Source: Eledone cirrhosa
Lineage: Eukaryota
DNA length: 64,000 bases
Direction of reading: 5' to 3'
Assembly: GCA_964016885.1 (NCBI GenBank)
Contig: OZ024742.1
Coordinates: 184,822,001-184,886,000, forward strand
Below the pieces are notes generated by a model that saw only the letters and a program-made list of their open reading frames with translations, did not search any database and was not told the DNA's origin. This document shows, piece by piece, positions 38,826-51,139 of the stretch. The position numbers and the translations under genes were made by a program. Within the stretch, counting starts at the first letter, position 1, and every line of letters starts with the position of its first letter.

Positions 38826-41800
38826 TTGGGGTTAAGTTAAGTTGGGGTTAAGTTAAGTTGGGGTTATGTTAAGTTGGGGTTAAGTTAAGTTGAGGTTAAC
38901 TTAAGTTGGGGTTAAGTTAAGTTGGGGTTAAGTTAAGTTGGGGCTAAGTTAAGTTGGGGCTAAGTTAAGTTGGGGTTAAGTTAAGTTGGGCTTAAGTTAA
39001 GTTGGGGTCAACTTAAGTTGGGGCTAAGTTAAGTTGGGGTTAAGTTAAGTTGGGGCTAAGTTAAGTTGGAGTTAAGTTAAGTTGGGGTTAAATTAAGTTG
39101 GGGTCAACGTAAGTTGGGGTTAAGTTAAGTTGGGGTTAAGTTAATTTGGGGGTAAGTTAAGTTGGGGTTAAGTTAAGTTGGGGTTAAGTTAAGTTGGGGT
39201 TAAGTTAAGTTGGGGCTGAGTTAAATTGGGGCTGTGTTAAGTTGGGGTTAAGTTAAGTTGGGGTTAAGTTAAGTTGGGGTTAAGTTAAGTTGGGGTTAAG
39301 TTGGGGTTAAATTAAGTTGGGGTTAATTTAAGTTGGGGTTAAGTTAAGTTGGGTTTAGGTTAAGTTGGGGTTGAGTTAAGTTGGGGTTAAGTTAAGTTGG
39401 GGTTAATTTAAGTTGGGGTTAAGTTAAGTTGGGGCTGAGTTAAGTTGGGGTTAAGTTAAGTTGGGGTTGAGTTAAGTTGGGGTTAAGTTAAGTTGGGGTT
39501 AAGTTAAGTCGGGGTTAAGTTAAGTTGGGATTAAGTTAAGTTGGGGTTCAGTTAAGTTGCGGTGAAGTTAAGTTGGGGTTAACTTAAGTCGGGGTTAAGT
39601 TAAGTTTGGGTTAAGTTAAGTTGGGGTCAAGTTAAGTTGGGGTTAAGTTAAGTTGGGGTTATGTTAAGTTGGGGTTAAGTTAAGTTGGGGTTAAGTTAAG
39701 TCGGGGTTAAGTTAAGTTGGGGTTAAGTTAAGGTGGGGTTAAGTTAAGTTGGGGTCAAGTTAAGTTGGGGTTAAGTTAAGTTGGGGTTAAGTTAAGTCGC
39801 GGTTAAGTTAAGTTGGAGTTAAGTTAAGATGGGGTTAAGTTAAGTTGGGGTTAAGTTAAGTTGGGGTTAAGATAAGTTGGGGTTAAGTTAAGTTGGGGTT
39901 GAGTTAAGTTGGGGTTGAGTTAATTGGGGTTAAGTTAAGTTGGGGTTAACTTAAGTTGGGTTTAAGTTAAGTTGGGGTTAAGTTAAGTTGGGGTTAAATT
40001 AAGTTGGGGTTAAGATAAGTTGGGGTTAAGTTAAGTCGGGGTTAAGTTAAGTCGGGGTTAAGTTAAGTTGGGGTTAAGTTAACTTGGTGTTAAGTTAAGT
40101 TGGGGCTCAGTTAAGTTGGGGTTGAGTTAAGTTGGGGTCAAGTTAAGTTGGGACTAAGCTAAGTTGGGGTTAAGTTAAGTTGGGGTTAAGTTAAGTTGGC
40201 GCTAAGTTTAGTGAAGGTTAAGTTAAGTTGGAGTTGAGTTAAGTTGGGGTTAAGTTAAGTTGGGGTTAAGTTAAGTTAGGGTTAAGTTAAGCTTGGGTTA
40301 AGTTAAGTTGGGGTTGAGTTAATTTGGGGTTGAGTTAAGTTGGGGTTGAGTTAAGTTGGGGTTGAGTTAAGTTGGGGTTAAGTTAAGTTGGGGTTAACTT
40401 AAGTTGGGGTCAATTTAAGTTGAGGTTAAGTTAACTTGGGATTAAGTTAAGTTGGGGTTAACTTAAATTGAGGTTAAGTTAAGTTGGGGTTAAGTTAAGT
40501 TGGGGGTAAGTTAAGTTGGGGGTAAGTTAAGTTGGGGTTAAGTTAAGTTAGGGTTAAGTTACGTTGGGGTTGAGTTAAGTTGGGGTTAATTTAAATTGGG
40601 GTTAAGTTAACTTTGTGGTTCAGTTAAGTTGGGGTTAAGTTAAGTTGGGGCTTATTTAAGTTGGGGTTAAGTTAAGTTGTGGTTAAGTTAAGTTGGGGTT
40701 AAGTTAAGTTGGGGTTAAGTTAAGTTGGGGTTAAGTTAAGTTGGGGTTAAATTAAGCTGGGTTGAAGTTAAGTTGGGGTTAAGTTAAGTTGGGGTTAAGT
40801 TAAGTTGGGGTTAAGTTAAGTTGGGGTTAAGTTAAGTCGGGGTTAAGTTAATTTGGGGTTCAGTTAAGTTGGGGTTAAGTTAAGTTGGGGCTTATTTAAG
40901 TTGGGGTTAAGTTAAGTTGTGGTTAAGTTAAGTTGGGGTTAAGTTAAGTCGGGGTTAAGTTAAGTCGGGGTTAAGTTAAGTTGTGGTTAAGTTAAGTTGG
41001 GGTTAAGTTAAGTTGGGGTTAAGTTAAGTTAGGGATAAGCTAAGTTGGCGTTAAGTTAAGTTGGGGTTAAGTTAAGTTGGGGTTAAGTTAAGTTGTGGTT
41101 AAGTTAAGTTGGGGCTGAGTTAAGTTGGGGTCAAGTTAAGTTGGGGTTAAATTAAGTTGGGGTTGAGTTAAGTTGGGGTTAAGTTAAGTTGGGTTTAAGT
41201 TAAGTTGGGGTTAAGTTAAGTTGGGGTTAAGTTAAGGTGGGGTTAAGTTAAGTTGGGGTTAAGTTAAGTCGGGGTTAAGTTAAGTTGGGGTGAAGTTAAG
41301 TTGGGGTTAAGTTAAGTTGGGGTTAAGTTAAGTTCGGGTTAAGATAAGTTGGGGTTAAGTTAAGTTGGGGTTGAGTTAAGTTGGGGTTGAGTTAATTTGG
41401 GGTTAAGTTAAGTTGGGGTTAACTTAAGTTGGGGTTAAGTTAAGTTGGCGTTCAGTTAAGTTGCGGTTAAGTTAAGTTGGGGTTAACTTAAGTCGGGTTT
41501 AAGTTAAGTTGGGGTTAAGTTAACTTGGGGTTAATTTAAGTTGGGGTTAAGTCAAATTGGGTTTGAGTTAAGTTAGGGTTAAGTTAAGTTGGGGTTAAGT
41601 TAAGTTGGGGTTAAGTTAAGTTGGGGTTAAGTTAAGTTGGGGTTAAATTAAGCTGGGTTTAAGTTAAGTTGGGGTTAAGTTAAGTTGGGGTTAAGTTAAG
41701 TTGGGGTTAAGTTAAGTTGAGGTTAAGTTAAGTTGGGGTTAAGTTAAGTTGGGGATAAGTTAAGTTGAGTTTAAGTTAAGTTGGAGTTAATTTAAGTTGA

Positions 41801-44800
41801 GGTTAAGTTAAGTTGTGGTAAAGTTAAGTTGGGGTTAAGTTAAGTTGGGGTTAAGTTTAGTTGGGGTTCAGTTAAGTTGGGGTTAAGTTAAGTAGGGGTT
41901 CAGTTGGGGTTAAATTAAGTTGGGGTTAAGTTAAGTTGGGGTTAAGTTAAGTTGGGGTTAAGTTAAGTTGGGGTTAAGTTAAGTTGGGGTTAAGTTAAGT
42001 TGGGGTTGAGTTAAGTTGGGGTTAAGTTAAGTCGGGGTTAAGTTAAGTTGTGGTTAAGTTAAGTTGGGGTTAAGTTAAGTTGGGGTTAAGTTAAGTTGGG
42101 GTTGAGTTAAGTTGGGGTTAAGTTAAGTTGGGTTTAAGTTAAGTTGGGGTTAAGTTAAGTTGGGGTTAAGTTAAGGTGGGGTTAAGTTAAGTTGGGGTTA
42201 AGTTAAGTCGGGGTTAAGTTAAGTTGGGGTTAAGTTAAGTTGGGGTTAAGTTAAGTTGGGGTTAAGTTAAGTTCGGGTTAAGATAAGTTGGGGTTAAGTT
42301 AAGTTGGGGTTGAGTTAAGTTGGGGTTGAGTTAATTTGGGGTTAAGTTAAGTTGGGGTTAACTTAAATTGGGGTTAAGTTAAGTTGGCGTTCAGTTAAGT
42401 TGCGGTTAAGTTAAGTTGGGGTTAACTTAAGTCGGGTTTAAGTTAAGTTGGGGTTAAGTTAAGTTGGGGTCAAGTTAAGTTGGGGTTAAGTTAAGTTGGA
42501 GTTAAGTTAAGTTGGGGTTAAGTTAAGTCGGGGTTAAGTTAAGTTGGGGTTAAGTTAAGTTGGGGTTAAGTTAAGTTGGGGTCAAGTTAAGTTGGGGTTA
42601 AGTTAAGTTGGGGTTAATTTAAGTTGGGGTTAAGTTAAGTCGCGGTTAAGTTAAGTAGGGGTTAAGTTAAGATGGGGTTAAGTTAAGTTGTGGTTAAGTT
42701 AAGTTGGGGTTAAGATAAGTTGGGGTTAAGTTAAGTTGCGGTTGAGTTAAGTTGGGGTTGAGTTAATTGGGGTTAAGTTAAGTTGGGGTTAACTTAAGTT
42801 GGGTTTAAGTTAAGTTGGGGTTAAGTTAAGTTGGGGTTAAATTAAGTTGGGGTTATGATAAGTTGGGGTTAAGTTAAGTCGGGGTTAAGTTATGTCGGGG
42901 TTAAGTTAAGTTGGGGTTAAGTTAACTTGGTGTTAAGTTAAGTTGGGGTTCAGTTAAGTTGGGGTTGAGTTAAGTTGGGGGTCAAGTTAAGTTGGGGTTA
43001 AGCTAAGTTGGGGTTAAGTTAAGTTGGGGTTAATTTAAGTTTTGGTTAAGTTAAGTTGGGGCTGAGTTAAGTTGGGGTCAAGTTAAGTTGGGGTTGAGTT
43101 AAGAAGGGGTTAAGTTAACTTGGGGTTAAGTTAACTTGGGGTTAAGTTAAGTTGGGGTTAAGTTAAGTTGGGGTTAAGTTAAGTTGGGGTTAAGTTAAGT
43201 TGGGGTTAAGATAAGTTGGGGTTAAGTTAAGTTGGGGTTGAGTTAAGTTGGGGTTGAGTTAATTTGGGGTTAAGTTAAGTTGGGGTTAACTTAAGTTGGG
43301 GTTCAGTTAAGTTGGCGTTCAGTTAAGTTGCGGTGAAGTTAAGTTGGGGTTAACTTAAGTCGGGGTTAAGTTAAGTTGGGGTTAAGTTAAGTTGGGGTCA
43401 AGTTAAGTTGGGGTTAAGTTAAGTTGGGGTTATGTTAAGTTGGGGTTAAGTTAAGTTGGGGTTAAGTTAAGTCGGGGTTAAGTTAAGTTGGGGTTAAGTT
43501 AAGTTGGGGTTAAGTTAAGTTGGGGTCAAGTTAAGTTGGGGTTAAGTTAAGTTGGGGTTAAGTTAAGTCGCGGTTAAGTTAAGTTGGGGTTAAGTTAAGA
43601 TGGGGTTAAGTTAAGTTGGGGTTAAGTTAAGTTGGGGTTAAGATAAGTTGGGGTTAAGTTAAGTTGGGGTTGAGTTAAGTTGGGGTTGAGTTAATTGGGG
43701 TTAAGTTAAGTTGGGGTTAACTTAAGTTGGGTTTAAGTTAAGTTGGCGTTAAGTTAAGTTGGGGTTAAATTAAGTTGGGGTTAAGATAAGTTGGGGTTAA
43801 GTTAAGTCGGTGTTAAGTTAAGTCGGGGTTAAGTTAAGTTCGGGTTAAGTTAACTTGCTGTTAAGTTAAGTTGGGGCTCAGTTACGTTGGGGTTGAGTTA
43901 AGTTGGGGTCAAGTTAAGTTGGGACTAAGCTAAGTTGGGGTTAAGTTAAGTTGGGGTTAAGTTAAGTTGGGGTTAAGTTAAGTTGGCGCTAAGTTAAGTG
44001 AAGGTTAAGTTAAGTTGGGGTTGAGTTAAGTTGGGGTTAAGTTAAGTTGGGGTTGAGTTAAGTTGGGGTTGAGTTAAGTTGGGGTTGAGTTAAGTTGGGG
44101 TTACGTTAAGTTGGGGTTAAGTTAAGTTGGGGTTAAGTTAAGTTTAGGTTAACTTAAGTTGGGGTTAAGTTAAGTTGGGGTTAAGTTAAGTTGGGACTAA
44201 GTTAAGTTGGGGCTAAGTTAAGTTGGAGCTAACTTAAGTTGGGGTTAAATTAAGGTGGGGTTTAGTTAAGTTGGGGTTGAATTAAGTTGGGGTTGAGTTA
44301 AGTTGGGGTTAAGTTAAGTTGGGGTTAAGTTAAGTTAGGGTTAACTTAAGTTGGGGTTAAGTTAAGTTGGGGTTGAGTTAAGTTGGGGTTTAATTAAGTT
44401 GGGGTTGAGTTAAGTTGGGGTTGAGTTAAGTTGGGCTTGAGTTAAGTTGGGGTTGAGTTAAGTTGGGCTTATCTTAAGTTGGGGTTAATTTAAGATGGGG
44501 TTAATTTAAGTTGGGGTTAAGTTAATTTGGGGTTATGTTAAGTTGGGGCTAAGTTAAGTTGGGGCTAAGTTAAGTTGGGGTTAAGTTAAGTTGGGGTTAA
44601 GTTAAGTTGGGGTCAACTTAAGTTGGGGCTAAGTTAAGTTGGGGTTAAGTTAAGTTGCGGCTAAGTTAAGTTGGGGTTAAGTTAAGTTGGGGTTAAATTA
44701 AGTTGGGGTCAACGTAAGTTGGGGTTAAGTTAAGTTGGGGTTAAGTTAATTTGGGGGTAAGTTAAGTTGGGGTTAAGTTAAGTTGGGGTTAAGTTAAGTT

Positions 44801-47800
44801 GGGGTTAAGTTAAGTTGGGGCTGAGTTAAGTTGGGGCTGTGTTAAGTTGGGGTTAAGTTAAGTTGGGGTTAAGTTAAGTTGGGGTTAAGTTGGGGTTAAA
44901 TTAAGTTGGGGTTAATTTAAGTTGGGGTTAAGTTAAGTTGGGTTTAGGTTAAGTTGGGGTTGAGTTAAGTTGGGGTTAAGTTAAGTTGGGGTTAAGTTAA
45001 GTTGGGGTTATGTTAAGTTGGGGTTAAGTTAAGTTGAGGTTAACTTAAGTTGGGGTTAAGTTAAGTTGGGGTTAAGTTAAGTTGGGGCTAAGTTAAGTTG
45101 GGGCTAAGTTAAGTTGGGGTTAAGTTAAGTTGGGCTTAAGTTAAGTTGGGGTCAACTTAAGTTGGGGCTAAGTTAAGTTGGGGTTAAGTTAAGTTGGGGC
45201 TAAGTTAAGTTGGAGTTAAGTTAAGTTGGGGTTAAATTAAGTTGGGGTCAACGTAAGTTGGGGTTAAGTTAAGTTGGGGTTAAGTTAATTTGGGGGTAAG
45301 TTAAGTTGGGGTTAAGTTAAGTTGGGGTTAAGTTAAGTTGGGGTTAAGTTAAGTTGGGGCTGAGTTAAATTGGGGCTGTGTTAAGTTGGGGTTAAGTTAA
45401 GTTGGGGTTAAGTTAAGTTGGGGTTAAGTTAAGTTGGGGTTAAGTTGGGGTTAAATTAAGTTGGGGTTAATTTAAGTTGGGGTTAAGTTAAGTTGGGTTT
45501 AGGTTAAGTTGGGGTTGAGTTAAGTTGGGGTTAAGTTAAGTTGGGGTTAATTTAAGTTGGGGTTAAGTTAAGTTGGGGCTGAGTTAAGTTGGGGTTAAGT
45601 TAAGTTGGGGTTGAGTTAAGTTGGGGTTAAGTTAAGTTGGGGTTAAGTTAAGTCGGGGTTAAGTTAAGTTGGGATTAAGTTAAGTTGGGGTTCAGTTAAG
45701 TTGCGGTGAAGTTAAGTTGGGGTTAACTTAAGTCGGGGTTAAGTTAAGTTTGGGTTAAGTTAAGTTGGGGTCAAGTTAAGTTGGGGTTAAGTTAAGTTGG
45801 GGTTATGTTAAGTTGGGGTTAAGTTAAGTTGGGGTTAAGTTAAGTCGGGGTTAAGTTAAGTTGGGGTTAAGTTAAGGTGGGGTTAAGTTAAGTTGGGGTC
45901 AAGTTAAGTTGGGGTTAAGTTAAGTTGGGGTTAAGTTAAGTCGCGGTTAAGTTAAGTTGGAGTTAAGTTAAGATGGGGTTAAGTTAAGTTGGGGTTAAGT
46001 TAAGTTGGGGTTAAGATAAGTTGGGGTTAAGTTAAGTTGGGGTTGAGTTAAGTTGGGGTTGAGTTAATTGGGGTTAAGTTAAGTTGGGGTTAACTTAAGT
46101 TGGGTTTAAGTTAAGTTGGGGTTAAGTTAAGTTGGGGTTAAATTAAGTTGGGGTTAAGATAAGTTGGGGTTAAGTTAAGTCGGGGTTAAGTTAAGTCGGG
46201 GTTAAGTTAAGTTGGGGTTAAGTTAACTTGGTGTTAAGTTAAGTTGGGGCTCAGTTAAGTTGGGGTTGAGTTAAGTTGGGGTCAAGTTAAGTTGGGACTA
46301 AGCTAAGTTGGGGTTAAGTTAAGTTGGGGTTAAGTTAAGTTGGCGCTAAGTTTAGTGAAGGTTAAGTTAAGTTGGAGTTGAGTTAAGTTGGGGTTAAGTT
46401 AAGTTGGGGTTAAGTTAAGTTAGGGTTAAGTTAAGCTTGGGTTAAGTTAAGTTGGGGTTGAGTTAATTTGGGGTTGAGTTAAGTTGGGGTTGAGTTAAGT
46501 TGGGGTTGAGTTAAGTTGGGGTTAAGTTAAGTTGGGGTTAACTTAAGTTGGGGTCAATTTAAGTTGAGGTTAAGTTAACTTGGGATTAAGTTAAGTTGGG
46601 GTTAACTTAAATTGAGGTTAAGTTAAGTTGGGGTTAAGTTAAGTTGGGGGTAAGTTAAGTTGGGGGTAAGTTAAGTTGGGGTTAAGTTAAGTTAGGGTTA
46701 AGTTACGTTGGGGTTGAGTTAAGTTGGGGTTAATTTAAATTGGGGTTAAGTTAACTTTGTGGTTCAGTTAAGTTGGGGTTAAGTTAAGTTGGGGCTTATT
46801 TAAGTTGGGGTTAAGTTAAGTTGTGGTTAAGTTAAGTTGGGGTTAAGTTAAGTTGGGGTTAAGTTAAGTTGGGGTTAAGTTAAGTTGGGGTTAAATTAAG
46901 CTGGGTTGAAGTTAAGTTGGGGTTAAGTTAAGTTGGGGTTAAGTTAAGTTGGGGTTAAGTTAAGTTGGGGTTAAGTTAAGTCGGGGTTAAGTTAATTTGG
47001 GGTTCAGTTAAGTTGGGGTTAAGTTAAGTTGGGGCTTATTTAAGTTGGGGTTAAGTTAAGTTGTGGTTAAGTTAAGTTGGGGTTAAGTTAAGTCGGGGTT
47101 AAGTTAAGTCGGGGTTAAGTTAAGTTGTGGTTAAGTTAAGTTGGGGTTAAGTTAAGTTGGGGTTAAGTTAAGTTAGGGATAAGCTAAGTTGGCGTTAAGT
47201 TAAGTTGGGGTTAAGTTAAGTTGGGGTTAAGTTAAGTTGTGGTTAAGTTAAGTTGGGGCTGAGTTAAGTTGGGGTCAAGTTAAGTTGGGGTTAAATTAAG
47301 TTGGGGTTGAGTTAAGTTGGGGTTAAGTTAAGTTGGGTTTAAGTTAAGTTGGGGTTAAGTTAAGTTGGGGTTAAGTTAAGGTGGGGTTAAGTTAAGTTGG
47401 GGTTAAGTTAAGTCGGGGTTAAGTTAAGTTGGGGTGAAGTTAAGTTGGGGTTAAGTTAAGTTGGGGTTAAGTTAAGTTCGGGTTAAGATAAGTTGGGGTT
47501 AAGTTAAGTTGGGGTTGAGTTAAGTTGGGGTTGAGTTAATTTGGGGTTAAGTTAAGTTGGGGTTAACTTAAGTTGGGGTTAAGTTAAGTTGGCGTTCAGT
47601 TAAGTTGCGGTTAAGTTAAGTTGGGGTTAACTTAAGTCGGGTTTAAGTTAAGTTGGGGTTAAGTTAACTTGGGGTTAATTTAAGTTGGGGTTAAGTCAAA
47701 TTGGGTTTGAGTTAAGTTAGGGTTAAGTTAAGTTGGGGTTAAGTTAAGTTGGGGTTAAGTTAAGTTGGGGTTAAGTTAAGTTGGGGTTAAATTAAGCTGG

Positions 47801-50800
47801 GTTTAAGTTAAGTTGGGGTTAAGTTAAGTTGGGGTTAAGTTAAGTTGGGGTTAAGTTAAGTTGAGGTTAAGTTAAGTTGGGGTTAAGTTAAGTTGGGGAT
47901 AAGTTAAGTTGAGTTTAAGTTAAGTTGGAGTTAATTTAAGTTGAGGTTAAGTTAAGTTGTGGTAAAGTTAAGTTGGGGTTAAGTTAAGTTGGGGTTAAGT
48001 TTAGTTGGGGTTCAGTTAAGTTGGGGTTAAGTTAAGTAGGGGTTCAGTTGGGGTTAAATTAAGTTGGGGTTAAGTTAAGTTGGGGTTAAGTTAAGTTGGG
48101 GTTAAGTTAAGTTGGGGTTAAGTTAAGTTGGGGTTAAGTTAAGTTGGGGTTGAGTTAAGTTGGGGTTAAGTTAAGTCGGGGTTAAGTTAAGTTGTGGTTA
48201 AGTTAAGTTGGGGTTAAGTTAAGTTGGGGTTAAGTTAAGTTGGGGTTGAGTTAAGTTGGGGTTAAGTTAAGTTGGGTTTAAGTTAAGTTGGGGTTAAGTT
48301 AAGTTGGGGTTAAGTTAAGGTGGGGTTAAGTTAAGTTGGGGTTAAGTTAAGTCGGGGTTAAGTTAAGTTGGGGTTAAGTTAAGTTGGGGTTAAGTTAAGT
48401 TGGGGTTAAGTTAAGTTCGGGTTAAGATAAGTTGGGGTTAAGTTAAGTTGGGGTTGAGTTAAGTTGGGGTTGAGTTAATTTGGGGTTAAGTTAAGTTGGG
48501 GTTAACTTAAATTGGGGTTAAGTTAAGTTGGCGTTCAGTTAAGTTGCGGTTAAGTTAAGTTGGGGTTAACTTAAGTCGGGTTTAAGTTAAGTTGGGGTTA
48601 AGTTAAGTTGGGGTCAAGTTAAGTTGGGGTTAAGTTAAGTTGGAGTTAAGTTAAGTTGGGGTTAAGTTAAGTCGGGGTTAAGTTAAGTTGGGGTTAAGTT
48701 AAGTTGGGGTTAAGTTAAGTTGGGGTCAAGTTAAGTTGGGGTTAAGTTAAGTTGGGGTTAATTTAAGTTGGGGTTAAGTTAAGTCGCGGTTAAGTTAAGT
48801 AGGGGTTAAGTTAAGATGGGGTTAAGTTAAGTTGTGGTTAAGTTAAGTTGGGGTTAAGATAAGTTGGGGTTAAGTTAAGTTGCGGTTGAGTTAAGTTGGG
48901 GTTGAGTTAATTGGGGTTAAGTTAAGTTGGGGTTAACTTAAGTTGGGTTTAAGTTAAGTTGGGGTTAAGTTAAGTTGGGGTTAAATTAAGTTGGGGTTAT
49001 GATAAGTTGGGGTTAAGTTAAGTCGGGGTTAAGTTATGTCGGGGTTAAGTTAAGTTGGGGTTAAGTTAACTTGGTGTTAAGTTAAGTTGGGGTTCAGTTA
49101 AGTTGGGGTTGAGTTAAGTTGGGGGTCAAGTTAAGTTGGGGTTAAGCTAAGTTGGGGTTAAGTTAAGTTGGGGTTAATTTAAGTTTTGGTTAAGTTAAGT
49201 TGGGGCTGAGTTAAGTTGGGGTCAAGTTAAGTTGGGGTTGAGTTAAGAAGGGGTTAAGTTAACTTGGGGTTAAGTTAACTTGGGGTTAAGTTAAGTTGGG
49301 GTTAAGTTAAGTTGGGGTTAAGTTAAGTTGGGGTTAAGTTAAGTTGGGGTTAAGATAAGTTGGGGTTAAGTTAAGTTGGGGTTGAGTTAAGTTGGGGTTG
49401 AGTTAATTTGGGGTTAAGTTAAGTTGGGGTTAACTTAAGTTGGGGTTCAGTTAAGTTGGCGTTCAGTTAAGTTGCGGTGAAGTTAAGTTGGGGTTAACTT
49501 AAGTCGGGGTTAAGTTAAGTTGGGGTTAAGTTAAGTTGGGGTCAAGTTAAGTTGGGGTTAAGTTAAGTTGGGGTTATGTTAAGTTGGGGTTAAGTTAAGT
49601 TGGGGTTAAGTTAAGTCGGGGTTAAGTTAAGTTGGGGTTAAGTTAAGTTGGGGTTAAGTTAAGTTGGGGTCAAGTTAAGTTGGGGTTAAGTTAAGTTGGG
49701 GTTAAGTTAAGTCGCGGTTAAGTTAAGTTGGGGTTAAGTTAAGATGGGGTTAAGTTAAGTTGGGGTTAAGTTAAGTTGGGGTTAAGATAAGTTGGGGTTA
49801 AGTTAAGTTGGGGTTGAGTTAAGTTGGGGTTGAGTTAATTGGGGTTAAGTTAAGTTGGGGTTAACTTAAGTTGGGTTTAAGTTAAGTTGGCGTTAAGTTA
49901 AGTTGGGGTTAAATTAAGTTGGGGTTAAGATAAGTTGGGGTTAAGTTAAGTCGGTGTTAAGTTAAGTCGGGGTTAAGTTAAGTTCGGGTTAAGTTAACTT
50001 GCTGTTAAGTTAAGTTGGGGCTCAGTTACGTTGGGGTTGAGTTAAGTTGGGGTCAAGTTAAGTTGGGACTAAGCTAAGTTGGGGTTAAGTTAAGTTGGGG
50101 TTAAGTTAAGTTGGGGTTAAGTTAAGTTGGCGCTAAGTTAAGTGAAGGTTAAGTTAAGTTGGGGTTGAGTTAAGTTGGGGTTAAGTTAAGTTGGGGTTGA
50201 GTTAAGTTGGGGTTGAGTTAAGTTGGGGTTGAGTTAAGTTGGGGTTACGTTAAGTTGGGGTTAAGTTAAGTTGGGGTTAAGTTAAGTTTAGGTTAACTTA
50301 AGTTGGGGTTAAGTTAAGTTGGGGTTAAGTTAAGTTGGGACTAAGTTAAGTTGGGGCTAAGTTAAGTTGGAGCTAACTTAAGTTGGGGTTAAATTAAGGT
50401 GGGGTTTAGTTAAGTTGGGGTTGAATTAAGTTGGGGTTGAGTTAAGTTGGGGTTAAGTTAAGTTGGGGTTAAGTTAAGTTAGGGTTAACTTAAGTTGGGG
50501 TTAAGTTAAGTTGGGGTTGAGTTAAGTTGGGGTTTAATTAAGTTGGGGTTGAGTTAAGTTGGGGTTGAGTTAAGTTGGGCTTGAGTTAAGTTGGGGTTGA
50601 GTTAAGTTGGGCTTATCTTAAGTTGGGGTTAATTTAAGATGGGGTTAATTTAAGTTGGGGTTAAGTTAATTTGGGGTTATGTTAAGTTGGGGCTAAGTTA
50701 AGTTGGGGCTAAGTTAAGTTGGGGTTAAGTTAAGTTGGGGTTAAGTTAAGTTGGGGTCAACTTAAGTTGGGGCTAAGTTAAGTTGGGGTTAAGTTAAGTT

Positions 50801-51139
50801 GCGGCTAAGTTAAGTTGGGGTTAAGTTAAGTTGGGGTTAAATTAAGTTGGGGTCAACGTAAGTTGGGGTTAAGTTAAGTTGGGGTTAAGTTAATTTGGGG
50901 GTAAGTTAAGTTGGGGTTAAGTTAAGTTGGGGTTAAGTTAAGTTGGGGTTAAGTTAAGTTGGGGCTGAGTTAAGTTGGGGCTGTGTTAAGTTGGGGTTAA
51001 GTTAAGTTGGGGTTAAGTTAAGTTGGGGTTAAGTTGGGGTTAAATTAAGTTGGGGTTAATTTAAGTTGGGGTTAAGTTAAGTTGGGTTTAGGTTAAGTTG
51101 GGGTTGAGTTAAGTTGGGGTTAAGTTAAGTTGGGGTTAA
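38826..51139 (+). repeat. Near-perfect tandem duplication with a 6,144-bp period (junction approx. 44970-44995)
   Basis: The offset is 6144 for every marker checked: GGGCTTAAG 38991/45135, GAAGG 40213/46357, AAGCTT 40289/46433, TCAAATTGGG 41553/47697, AAGAAGGGG 43104/49248, CTCAGTTACG 43885/50029, TTGAATTAAG 44281/50425. The first flanking mismatches are at 38825/44969 and 44996/51140. Confidence 0.95.

Noticed and set aside
38826-51139. 6,144 = 384 x 16 as evidence of an exact monomer multiple or a special period
   Set aside because: The unit contains 11-, 15- and 17-bp monomers whose indels sum to about -16 by my count (about 385 monomers), so the divisibility looks coincidental.
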